DNA of 64,000 nucleotides, from NCBI GenBank assembly GCA_040954595.2, contig CM082588.2, forward strand, positions 482,513 through 546,512, written 5' to 3'. Position 1 is the stretch's first letter; every line of letters starts with the position of its first letter. The translations under genes were made by a program, and so were the position numbers. The notes under the pieces were generated by a model, which saw nothing but the letters and a program-made list of their open reading frames with translations, did not search any database and had not been told where the DNA came from. The stretch comes from Balanoglossus misakiensis. Lineage: Eukaryota > Animalia > Hemichordata. This document shows, in pieces, positions 12,608 through 24,852 of this stretch.

Positions 12608-15600
12608 ACCACAGTGATTGCATATTCGGTAAGCACGTGCGCCCTACTACACTGCGTGGGATGGCAATTCTTCAGTCTGGGGTTTTAGCAGAAATTTTCC
12701 CGTTTAAGTAATCCCTATCTTTGATTTCACACTAGAGGGTGGCTAAATCTTCTGATCATCTAAATGGAATATTTCATTCTCCAAAAAATCCCGAAGATTT
12801 GGACAAAGATTCAATCATGTCTGAAATCCCATCAAATCATCAGAAGTAATCCACGAAAGAAAAAATCATATTTTAAAACAGAAAATGTCAAAAATATGGT
12901 TATTATTCGTTACTGGTGAACATGTTGACGTTTTCTGCAATAATCTTAGTAAATTTCCAGCTTCTACTAATTTGGGTCAAATCACGTGACTTCATTAATT
13001 CGTTAACGGCAGAATGAGATGGAAAAGTGCTTGACTGAGTTCGACAACAATGCTTTTCGACAATAATAGACAGAGATCCAGCACATTTGACAAACCCTCT
13101 GCTGTAGCTCGTCTGGATATGATGGCCATCATTTGACACGGCGGAGGTGATCGCGGTGCTCAATAACTATTCTTTCGGAAAATTTTGCCCGTATTGCCTG
13201 GAAAGATTGGCTCAGATAAAGGGATTTGGTCGCGTAATAACCGGGTTGAATTGTACAGTAGTACTTATTCGCCGTGTCCTGTGTGCCCGGTACGTAGAAC
13301 ATGGACGGTTTGGCTGGCATAGCCGTCACCACCACAATCTGTCCACATCATTTCATTCGAACCCGCTTTTCAACTATTTTCAAATGAAGGCATTTATTAT
13401 AATCCACCTTAGGGGGAAACGCGGCAGATTTTTCGTTCAAATATTTAACAAAATGACAAAGCGCGCATGAATTTATGAAATCTAAATACAGAGGAGAGAG
13501 AGAATATTTCGCTGCAGAGTATGTACGCTGAAAACCATGTGTTCTCTGTTTGAAGTCAACATGGGTGATTATTAATGTAAACACCAAATACGCTTCCAAA
13601 CGCTTTCAATTTTAAGCCAAGGTCATGAAACTTGTCAGAAATGAATATTTCGCAGTCTTGTAAGCTATCTGTTTACAATGGACACAAAAGAGCACATATC
13701 CCCAGACTGCGTTTCGTCTCAGATTACGAGAGGGAAATGGAGGTCTCTTTTTCGGTCCAGCTATCTGTCATTCCCGGTCTCGCTGAACTACAGCGAGGCT
13801 CATCACCGCTGTATTGACAATTAAACTGTGAAGGCGGACGTAACGTGCTCAGCGACGGGTTTTTCGCTATCCGTTCTCTTAATAGTACTGCAAACTTACG
13901 CAACAATATAAAACAATAGGGACATACAGACATCGCGTTCGCCGGTTAATGGACTTTTAATATGTAAACCCGTGACAAGTGTTCTGCATGGGCTTGGCAT
14001 CTCACTGCTCAAAATGACTCCCCGATTCCGTGATATTACAAATGATGCCAGCGTTTTCTGTATGGTGCAATGTCGCCCTTCATTTCCCGCCACGTCATTC
14101 TGTCAGGTGACCCCGTGTGACCCCAATAAGGTAAAGGCAAGAACGTACAGCCATGCCTGAAATATCGGTGTAATTAACGTGCTGCTTGCAATTTGCCGCT
14201 ACACGCATTTCCGGTGAATATAAGTTTAACAGCAAAGTCAACTGGATGGATTCGCGGCGTTTATTTCAAAAGGCCAGGCGACACATATATACTCACTGAA
14301 TAAACTCTACATGAAATTGCTTTTATGTTGTCGGTTTCTGTTATGATGTTCCTGCTGTCAGTGGAATTCGACTTTTTAAGGGAACGGGCAGATTGCTGAA
14401 GCCCCACATGTATTGATAAGCGTGGGTGTGTGCAGCAAATGTGTAAATGATATTACTATGGTAATACGCGGCAGCCTCATCAGGCCACAATCACGGACAA
14501 CGTTTGGTCCCTAAGGACTGTCCATAGTTTGCCGCTGGCTATTGTCCATTCAGCTCTGTGAATAGTGGTAACGGGCAGGGCCGTGTATGTTGGTCGGTCG
14601 GTCGGTCGGTGGTGCAGTACGTGAACGGGGCCGACGTGGATATGCGTGATGCTCAGACGGTAACTTTACGCTCTGAATCACAAGCTGGCATCAGCGTCGC
14701 CCCGCGATCGGTTTCCCTACACATCGGGAGTCCCTCGCTCGATCGGGGATATCGATTGATAGCATTCCGGCCAACATTGGTCCGATCATGGACGTATGGT
14801 CCGATCAGTAAAGTGTTGGCATAGCTTTGTGTTATAGTGATCGAGTTCCTGATCTGACATGTAAATACAAGGCATACGATGCAATTAAAGCTTATTGGTT
14901 AACTTGATGTTTAATTTCAACCACGGACTCGGAGGCTCTGGAGCAAAGGGTATTGGGAGCTCTGCGGTCGAATATTCAGATGTCTTCACAGATTCTGATA
15001 TTCGCCGATGTCAACAACAGCAAAAATTGCGTGGTCTTCTGGTCATTAAATGTACTTTGTCTCTCAGAAGGATATTTTCTCAGTTTTCCCCCATTTTTGG
15101 CTCCGTCTACTGGCAGATAACGCATTCCCTGTTTTTTTTAAGTATGAAGGTGACGCAATTTCGCGAGTCAGATTTTACACCATCGGGGCGATTTGACATC
15201 TTAAAAGGGATGAGGAAACAGGCACGTCAATATGGTGGTTAGTTTGTGGTGAGTTTATGAGTGCCTTTATTGGTTAGCGTATCGGACTGCGGCCTGACGA
15301 CAGACTTGTTCGGGCACGCGCACGAGTCTGCCATGCAGAACGATGATCCGCCGACGTTAAACACAATCAAGCTTGACCAGACATCAGCTTCGACCAGTTG
15401 TGGACGCAATCAGGGTCTGTTTCCCCTCTTCTCCATTTTATTCAAAAATTATTGTGATGCATAATCTCTTTCCATTTAGGGGGCGGGGAGGTAAGGTTGG
15501 TCGGAATGGTTGCTAGGTACGGTTGCTAAGACAGGTTGGGATTTGCTGTCAGCCGTACATCGCATGTTGGTGGATTGTGTTCCAAACGACGGTGATATTG

Positions 15601-16436
15601 AAACCACGCCAAAATAATCGCGGCCGTGCTTTTTTTACATTTCAGCTATAATTGTTAGAAATTTTGTCACAAAGAGATACGTCATAAACAATATGAATAT
15701 TTTAATTTTTATGTTACGTCTAGTAGATGTGTGGTGTAGAAATTTATCATTCATGGTCTGTTGTAGCCAAAGTATAACAATAGGGACGTAACAATCTATG
15801 CCAAATGCTGTAACCGCTGGCAGAGTCGGTAATTGTGTCAATATTCCACTGACTGGCTATGTGGCTCACCGAGCCTTAGTTATCTGAAAATCTAAAAAGA
15901 ACGTTAATAGGAGCCGTACACAATACTCCACTATTGGCGTTGTGCGAATAAAGGGGGTAGAACGACCGTGAGCTCTCCACGCAAACATCACTAAATAGTT
16001 AGTACAAGTTCAAGTGTAGTCGTAGGCGGACGGAAGATTTTTGGACTCACGGATCCTGTTTCGGACATAGCTTGTGGGATCTTTTGTTATCTGAAAACCG
16101 CAACTCTGGCGAGATCTGCGCTTACGTGAATGGCTGTCCAAGCGAAGTACACCAAAACATTGTGCAGCTGACGGTACATCAAACCATCGTCTATGGACAT
16201 TCCCCGTCGTCGGCGAAAACTCGGCAAATATTTCGCGAACGAGGCTAGAAAGTTACGCCTTAGAGGCAATCCTCGTACCAGAGAGTTGGAATCCGATTTG
16301 ACAAATTTGATTGGAAAATGATACAAAATGATAGATATACAGATGATATCATCTTCATCCGGGCGAGGCTAGCAATCTTTAAAAGCGTCCTCGATCTCAG
16401 CGTAGTTTTCTAGAGTCGGACGAAGCAGCCAGCAGT

Positions 16437-16518
16437 ATGAAAGACCCAAGAATTGTGAGTCACATGAAACGAGATACTGAAATCACCATTATGGACAAAG
16501 AGCAATTGCTCTTCTTGG
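16437..16518 (+). CDS. lin-28: candidate lin-28 alternative first coding exon (MKDPRIVSHMKRDTEITIMDKEQLLFL+G, phase 1)
   Basis: agtATG, 82 nt open, consensus donor TGG|GTGAGT at 16519; ATTGG at ~16311 and TTTAAAA at ~16378 upstream. Confidence 0.45.
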
Positions 16519-19500
16519 GTGAGTTTACCTTATTCATATTCATTTGCAATTTTCGTGTCTACTAGCGGAATCTCAGTTCCACAAACGCGCGGCGTACTTC
16601 GGAATTAGCGGATGGACACTTCGACCACTCGGCTATGAAACAAAGCGCCGGCACCCGAGTCTTTGTGAATCTATACACGCATTCACTAAATCCAGATGAA
16701 ATTATATAATTAATATTTTCGGCCAATTTCACAGATGTCCTCCTGTCACGAATGTTGTTTGTTTTTCGGTTTTGGGGAGAGGCGACCAGTCAACAGGAAG
16801 AACGCTTTAATTATATTCGATCGCCATCATTATTTGTTTTGATGAGATTTTTGTGATGGATTCCAAACATTACCAGATGATCTACATGCTGACGTTGTCC
16901 GTTCAGTCATTTTCTGTGTGGATACATGACACACATAGTATTCAGGCGAAAAGAAGATGGATTCAGACAATGTCTCCGCTGTTGTGATTTATTTTCTAAC
17001 GGATGTAAGATGAGAATAGGAAATATGATCAGTGAAATGCAACTCGCTTAATCAATGACTATAAATAATATTACGTTTACCGGAAGACAAATCTGTCCAT
17101 TTTTCAGATCTGTTCGGTGACTAAAACTGACGCTTGTGTTGAGAGCTTTGACGACTGCGTGTTTAGTTTAGTAATCACGGCACCATATTGTGCTGCTAAA
17201 TTTTATGTTCTAAAACGGCAACGTTGTCACCATTAAATATTACAAATATCATCAACATAATCACCGTGCTTGAATTCGGAGCAATTCATGAAATGAATTT
17301 TGAAAATGGCCGTCTGTTTCTCAAAATGTCCTCATCCGTACTTTCCCCACATTCTAACTTTTGATAACTGAATGGGATTTTGAGATCCAATAAAGGGGAA
17401 TTCTACCAATTCAGACGAAAGCTGTTAATTTTGTCACATTTTGCACATTTTGATGTCTGTGTAACCGGCACGGGTTTCTGAGGCGACGACGGAAACGTGA
17501 CACCGTCAGCATATGCCGCCTTCGCCTGCATCCAGATGCCAACAATCGTGCGGCAAACCACCATCGCATCAGCAACATTTTTTTTTAGAAATAAACGACA
17601 AGTGACAAGATCTTGTCCAATCACTCACAATTTTACTCAAGAAATAAAGAAAATTCAAGGTTGAAAACGGGACCGGGTGGTTTTCACTCATTTATGCGAC
17701 CACTTTGCCGTGTTTACAAATGTCGGATTTCCATCTGTAAGACTGCCAAGGGTGCCCGTATGACGGAGAATGCATAAAATATGACGCGATACAGTTGCAT
17801 TACGCTGTGATGTATGGCCGATCCTGCACTCTATTTAGTTTATTTAAATTGGACAGTGTGTTCAGAAACGAAAGATGTGAATTTTCCTGTCGACTGTCAA
17901 AATAAATGAGTGTTTCCACATCACTATGGTTTGCGGTGCGGGGATATCCAGTGAACAGTTTCCAAGACAAAACAAGGATATTAATTTATATGGCCATAAC
18001 CTATACGTTTCAACACAAAACACACAAAGGCATTCTGTGTATTATCTGGGAAACCGCCGACTCTGGAAGCTGGGATTTGATTTGTTTTAAAGCATATTAT
18101 GTTCTGGCGTAGCGCCTGGAGGGGACTACGCTGCGATTATCCGCACACTGGCCACTGCATGCAGGCTTGTCGTCTCATGCCTAGAAGCAGCGTCTGTCAC
18201 CTCAGCCGCAATTGTTCTTTCTCAACTTTAATATACTGCCACTTAAGTTCGTTCGATTGTTCGTCAATCCTCAACTACAATTATGCCTCGGAATCATTGG
18301 GTTCCTTGTTTGTTATTGGTTAAATTTCCTGGCGTATGACCAGATATTTCTGTGGGTCACACGGGAGAGAACTCTTGTCTGTCAATCACTCGCTAAAGGT
18401 TATCCAGTGCATTTCACCAGAGCCTCGCTAGGTGGCGCCCTTCAGTGTTGTGAAAGCGCAGTTGACTGGAGTTTAATTAAAGGACGCCATTAGTGTAAAT
18501 CACCAGGCGACGCTACACGACTTTTAATTACATGTAAAGAACACAGGGAGCCCAATACCGCCATTGGAAGTTGGTTTGTCGCCCAAAATGTATCTGCAAC
18601 AGTTTGGCAAAATGTTTTTTTGGACGGTGATTGGTCGATTGTTGAGGCAATCAAATCTTAATATATCATGCCGTAGTTTTCAGAAGAAGTGTTTTCATTG
18701 GCTGTACAATATAATAATAGCCAATCGTTTGTTGTTAACCAGTCTTATTGGTCTAAGTCAGGTATCTGGTTCAAAAGTTTAATTTGCCAAGTTCTGTATA
18801 CAAACAGTGAGTGTCATGCAATGCGACTGAGATCATACGATACTTTCAATGTCAATACACATACAAGTCATGTCCTGATCAAATTCTTGTTTTTGCAATG
18901 AGTGTTGAGTTTGTTCTCATGTGACTTTTCCCCCATTAATTAAACATCTCAGTCATCTATCTATTGTTCTAAGGTCTCAGAGGTGTTTCTGGTGTATCAT
19001 GTACACTTCCTAGTCACAGTTCGCTGTATGAACACTCAGTGTCTGGCTCCCATCAGCTTCGGCCATCTTCGGCAACCATTCGGTCCCTTCCAGGCACCCG
19101 ACATGCCCAGGGCCGCGGTGCGCAACGATTGCTCACATCTGTGACTTGTAATGCTTTGACCTCCGCGACCTCTAGCGGCCATTTAATCAACTGTCCAAGT
19201 TCGGAATGCTCTTTTTTTATATCGTGTAAGCACTTTGAAAGAATGTTGAGATAACCGAAGATGATCCTATTTACTAAACCAATCAGTATCCGGGTTATTG
19301 GTGTCAAGTTCATCCAACGCAGCCAATCAGCATCGGGGTTATATATGGTTGATCATAAACAACCACTTTACATTCAAACTGAAACTCTCACCGCGTACAA
19401 CGTTCGTCATCGTTCACTGGTTTGCTTGGTTGATGGCACAAAGTTTAAGCAAACCAATGTGTTGGGTTTAAATTAATCTGTTGAAGGCGACTAAATGAAA

Positions 19501-19617
19501 GACAGTTGGAGTTAGGTTTGAAAAGTGTGTAGGAAGTGACATCTAGAAACAACCAACTCAACTAAACACAAACATTAACATTGTCGCATTGCATCAAGTT
19601 TAGTTGGTATCTTAGAG

Positions 19618-19657
<40 letters not shown>

Positions 19658-19680
19658 TATCCATCCATCCACCCATCTAT
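19618..19680. repeat. (AATC)n/(CCAT)n microsatellite
   Basis: Read directly. Confidence 0.9.
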
Positions 19681-22600
19681 GCATGGCTGCTCACAGATCA
19701 GGCGTCTGATTCTCAGATGATGTTTGTAACGGAGCTGAGGCTCAGGTGATGATTGTCTCGTAGCGTAGTCTCATGTGATGTTTCTTATGCAATCTCGCGA
19801 GGATTTAGCTGACAGGGCCACCGTTGCCAAAGGCGTCATTCATCTGACAAGTCATACGCATTTCCGGTTTAGTTTTTCTGGTTTTGTGTTACTTCGTTGA
19901 AAACCGAGATGCTGGACTTTTGTTTCATATCACAACTGGAACACCTGCGAAGATTCTGGGTAGATTTAGCGTTTGTCACTATGACATATATTAATTCTAG
20001 TAGAGAAATGGGTAAATATTCTGAATGTCTCACAATTTCGTGTAAGTTGGCGGGGTTCCCAGCCAAAAAGGGAATTATGTTAAGTTCAATTAGCACGTCA
20101 GTTGTTACTTATATTTTAACATTGTACTAACTAAGCAGTAATCACTTCATCTTTTTATGTCATTTTGTCAGATTATCACTGAGAATATCTATCCTCGTAT
20201 CGATTCAGAAATAACCCGAGTTGACTTCATCGTAGGCTTGTCAAATCAACCTTAGTTTACTGTTCCTGCGGCTGTAATGTCCACAGACTTCTATCTAAGG
20301 AACTGACACCCAACTGACTAATAAACTATGCATAGAATAGGGTCTATATATTTTTTATCTTGTTCGTATCATAATAATATTATTTATCGGTCCACAAGGT
20401 GACATTATTTGCCTGAAACGCTTAATACTGCAGGTTTGGTGATGTATAAAAATTGTCACTTTAAGGAGGCTTACAGAAAACTTTCACTATGTGACCTTGA
20501 GAGGTTCCAAAAAGGTCACCCGGGTGCAGATCCCGAAGTTGAATGGTCGAGGTTATATATCTGACTCGAAAAGTTGATTTCATTCAAGGAATGAACGCGT
20601 GGACATGTTTCAAGTGATGAAAAGTAATGGAGAAGATCTAAACCACCAGTATCATTTTTTTCCGACTGCACCTCGAGATATGCGCGCCGCTGACAATTAT
20701 TCAACAAATTTAATTCTCCTCTGGAGATTAATTACAAGACCGGTGAATCGTACCTGGGACGAGGCTGGGTCACGGAATGGTTCCTTTCAACGTGACTGGA
20801 ACGAGGCTAGGATAACATCTAATACATGCCGATGGCTAGTATTAAATTAGGAGGTTAGGTCCGTGTTGGTTTCATAACGTCATCAATGAGGGCAGCCCAT
20901 TTCGTTGGTTCTTCCTCTATATCATCAAATTATTAAACCATTAAAGAATTATGAGACATTAATGACATAGATCTATTTTAAAATGAATGTCAAAATTGGC
21001 CACACAAAAATGACGTCACTGCTACCAGTTGTCAACTTATCCGTTACACATTTTGGATACTTGACTCTTTCTTGTCATTTCTTTCGCAATGGAACAATGA
21101 TTGTCAATTCATTTCTCTTTCTGCAGCAATCAATACATGTTAATTAGAACATTCAATTAGAATTGTATGTTAATTGGAACGAGTACTTGTTAACGTGCAT
21201 GATGTGAGACAAATACCAGGTCAGAGGTCACAAAACAAGGACGAGAAGATGTAGGACTTCTTATCATTTATAACAATGGTCCCAACTTTCCAGCTCTGCG
21301 CACGCGTGCCATCGAATACATTGCAATATTCATTGGGATTACAGTCTTGTATTGCCTATATCTGGAGTTTATCTGTTAAAGGTATTTGACCAGTTCTCAT
21401 GTTAAACAACAAGTTATGTAACGCGGTTATTGACCTATAAACCTCCTTTTTGCCAAGGCCCTCTTTTTGGACGAAAAAGACACGATATGCCCAAGTTTGT
21501 CAGACATTAAAACAGATGCTTTGCTCTTCATTAGTGGAGCGAATTTAATAATGTAACGCAAGTGGGTGGTAGACCCTTTAAAGGAGAGTGTTGTTCTGTT
21601 GTCCGTCACTTATGTAACGCCTTGTGGGCATTGTTTAGGTCGAGTTGACCTTTTCTGTTAATCCAGGGTCGTTATATCGCCATAGAATAGACCAATTCCC
21701 TTGAGATGCCCCCTAGTACAACCATCACAAAGATGGTCACATTCCATTGCTCACGTGACCTAGAAACAATCCGGAAGTTTCGTATTACACCGGGTGAAAG
21801 GTCAAGGGAAAATACCGATCCGATAAGCGATCTCTTGCGTGGGAGTATTGGACAATGATTTGCCGAGGAGTACAGCTCCAACTATAGCTATCAGCTGCTA
21901 TTTTTCTCCGTTGAAAGATGAGCAATTGTTTCGGTTAGGCTTCTAGAGAACAAATGTTACAAAGTATGATTTACTTAATCTGAAGTTTGCGATCTGCGAG
22001 TCTGCGCATTCAATCTCACCACGCAATGGTTTAAAAAAACAGGAACACTGAACTTAGAACAGGTACCCCTTCGATGCTTCGATCGATGTCCAGCGGTTGA
22101 GTGTATGGGCGATTCTCACCCTTGCCCGTTCCTCTCAGACTCAAACACAAAACACAGGACACATTCCGACAACAAACTCCACTCTCCACTGGTTTCAAAA
22201 CATTCTTATCTTTGAGGTGTCGAGTCCTGCAATTGATTGAAGAGGAAAGTCATGGGGGTTGCCAATTTTTAATTGAAAAGTGTAATTTAAACTATCTACT
22301 GCGTCGGTCAGCATACATAACCTCCCTTTGGAAACCACACACTGTGTTGATTGTACTTTCTTAAGACATCACAAATTGGGGTTAAAATTCCTCTCAAATA
22401 AATCAAGGAACAGCAAAAAAGGCCAATGCCCATGTTCCATTGTGTCAGCGCCACGTGACAAGCTTGGTCACTCAACTCTACACCGTCACGGGCCAACTTG
22501 TAAACTCGTAATTCCTAAATGAAAATAGTGCAATTCTAATTTGCAATTTGACTTTCTTGTGCGCATGCGGAAAAGATTGTTCCCCAAACTTAAGAATCGA

Positions 22601-23079
22601 GCGAACCTCTTAGATTGAGATCTTTTCATTCAAGATCTTCATTAGAAGTAAAACCATTCTCCCAGGACCACTGAGGGTTCTTTTAACTTTCTTGAAGATG
22701 TTTTCGAAACAGTCGGCCCAAAGGTGACCGAAGAAACAATTTTACCGTCAAATTTACAAAAATGACTAAAATCGACGAAATTTACACTGATTGCGTTGCT
22801 ATCCGTAACTAGAGGTCCATGCACGAAGCAAATTACTAACGTCAACACAGGCTTGTATGACCTTTGAACCCATATTATTACAGTAAATAGTGATTTCAAA
22901 GGCGAGCGTGCAGTTTAGGACAGTCCATTCATAGAAACTGCGTCAAGTGAATGGCGAAAATTCACGGTAAAGCGACACGGGCAGTGAAAAGAGGCCGTCC
23001 AAAATTGCTTATTTAACTCTGTCCGATCTCTTCCAATAATGAATAGATATTAAAACCAAGTGGTAGACTAACTCCAGAA

Positions 23080-23200
23080 AGTGATCAATTTATAATTGAC
23101 AAGTGATTCTGTAATATGATTGGCTGTTACTTCAACTACTTCTGATTGGTATGTGTAATTATCACCAAAGAGCCATGTAATTAGAGGTCACGTGCACACA
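23080..23200 (+). promoter_or_regulatory. putative lin-28 proximal promoter/enhancer
   Basis: Two GATTGG (inverted CCAAT) boxes, several TAAT homeodomain cores and an AGGTCACGTG E-box, ~150-250 bp upstream of the candidate ATG at 23352. Confidence 0.4.
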
Positions 23201-23351
23201 GCGATAGATACAGCTACACTGTCCAATGTACATAGTGGTAGAGTACGGGTACGGGAGGAGTCTGTGTGTAGTATGGTCAGAGGGGCGACAGGATAGCTGG
23301 CTGCTGAGAGAGTATCAGAACCAGCTATAGTCACGGCTTGGTTATAACAGG

Positions 23352-23367
23352 ATGGCTTCGGCCCCAG
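23352..23367 (+). CDS. lin-28: candidate lin-28 first coding exon (MASAP+G, phase 1)
   Basis: Strong Kozak aggATGG; ATG GCT TCG GCC CCA G|GTTGTT; phase matches the acceptor at 24704; lies downstream of a CCAAT/E-box cluster. Confidence 0.5.
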
Positions 23368-24101
23368 GTTGTTATCGCCTTTTTTTTCTTTCTGTGTAAT
23401 CGCTATCAAAATGGCCCGGTTTTACTGTTGACCATCGCCTAGCTGGGTCTCAAATCCGTCCCGCCCCCCTCACTCGCACCATTTCATACCCAGGCCTTCT
23501 TGAAGTTCACAGAATCTGGTGTGCGCAGAATATTCGGGTCGTTTTCAAGTAAAACGCCGACTTTTGGGGGAGAAGAAGGTTGACAATGCAACGTTGGTGG
23601 CTTGGAAGTGACCATCATATGTTGATGTCCCGTCGCGAACTCTATTCACACTGAGAAAGTAGGCTATAGTATTAAGGCGGGTGTGGGCCAGTCAAAGCGA
23701 ATATCCAAATTAATGGATTATTTATCGGAGGTGGACTAAATCTTGGGCATTGTTTGTTAATGAACATCGTGGGCAGAAACTGTTGTCAAATCGCCAAGAA
23801 GTGGACTGTACTTGTTTTTCATGGCACGCGAATGATGGCGTAGTCGAGCCGTTCGGTCTGCCCTTATATTGGGCCCACATAGTGCATAGCCAGCGCTGGT
23901 TGATATGCTGTCAGTTGTAAGGTCCACTCCAGGCTGCCCTCGTGAACGCCGGCCTATCCCTCGCAGTCCTTCCAGGGTGCCATTTGCCAGAGATCCCAGA
24001 GCCATCGAGAACTCCGCGCCGAAGTGTCCGAGACCCGCCCAAGGCACCCGGGATACAACGACTAGCCGCCTCGCTGAACTCTCTCCCCTCGTCCGCTCTC
24101 A

Positions 24102-24111
24102 ATGTCGCATG
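24102..24111 (+). CDS. lin-28: candidate lin-28 first coding exon (MSH+G, phase 1)
   Basis: ATG TCG CAT G|GTTGGT at the end of a GC/CpG-rich segment (23900-24110) preceded by TTATAT at ~23864. Confidence 0.4.
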
Positions 24112-24703
24112 GTTGGTATACTTCACAGGGCACCGACCTTGACGCGCTAATATTGGTCTTAGTCGCTTAACTAACCGCCGAACTTTCTGTTCACGATGCA
24201 CACCGCGTCACTGGGGTCTCTACTACCCGCTTCAAAATCTTGACTGCAGTTAGTTCAATGACATCGACTAAAATAGGTTATTTGGAGAAGGACAGCGTTA
24301 GGTAACTGTCCAGCAAGCGGGTTGTACAGTATTGTGTGTCACTGATTATATGCCTAGACATACACACCAAAGCTTGAAGGCAAATAGCATTGTTGTAGTG
24401 GGTGTATTTTGACCTTCACATTGACTTGTCAAATACAGAAATTCAACGGAGTGCTCGGTATTCATTTAACCATAATTAGACAATGAATATAGGCCATTTT
24501 CAGTTAAGAAATATGATACAGCAATGTCTTTCCGGCTACTTGTCCGGCTAGCTTGGCGTTAACCATCGCATACATCCACGCCACTGTGCGCTTTCTACTG
24601 ACCGCCGATTTCCCCCTTTTCTGGGCGCATTTGTGGAAGAAAAACGCTTCAAGACTTGCTTTAGCTCTTCTTCTAATTATCTGACTCTCTTTTTTTTTTT
24701 TAG

Positions 24704-24852
24704 ATGGAGCAGAAGCAGAGACAACGGGTGATGAAAAGAAGGTGCAGTCAGAGATGACGAAAGGAAGGGGAAAGTGCAAATGGTTCAACGTGGCTAAAGG
24801 CTATGGCTTCATAACTGTAGACGACGGAACGAGGGACATATTTGTTCACCAA
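24704..24852 (+). CDS. lin-28: lin-28 coding exon: N-terminal half of the cold-shock domain (RNP1 KGYGFI, RNP2 IFVH)
   Basis: Long poly-T tract then TAG acceptor at 24701-24703; donor CAA|GTAAGA at 24853; motif [22 protein letters not shown]. Confidence 0.96.

Noticed and set aside
19746-19812. C/D box snoRNA-like GTGATGA...CTGA
   Set aside because: No convincing terminal stem and no recognisable rRNA guide.
698-23000. Numerous short ORFs upstream
   Set aside because: No recognisable domains, mostly non-ATG starts, and lengths expected by chance.
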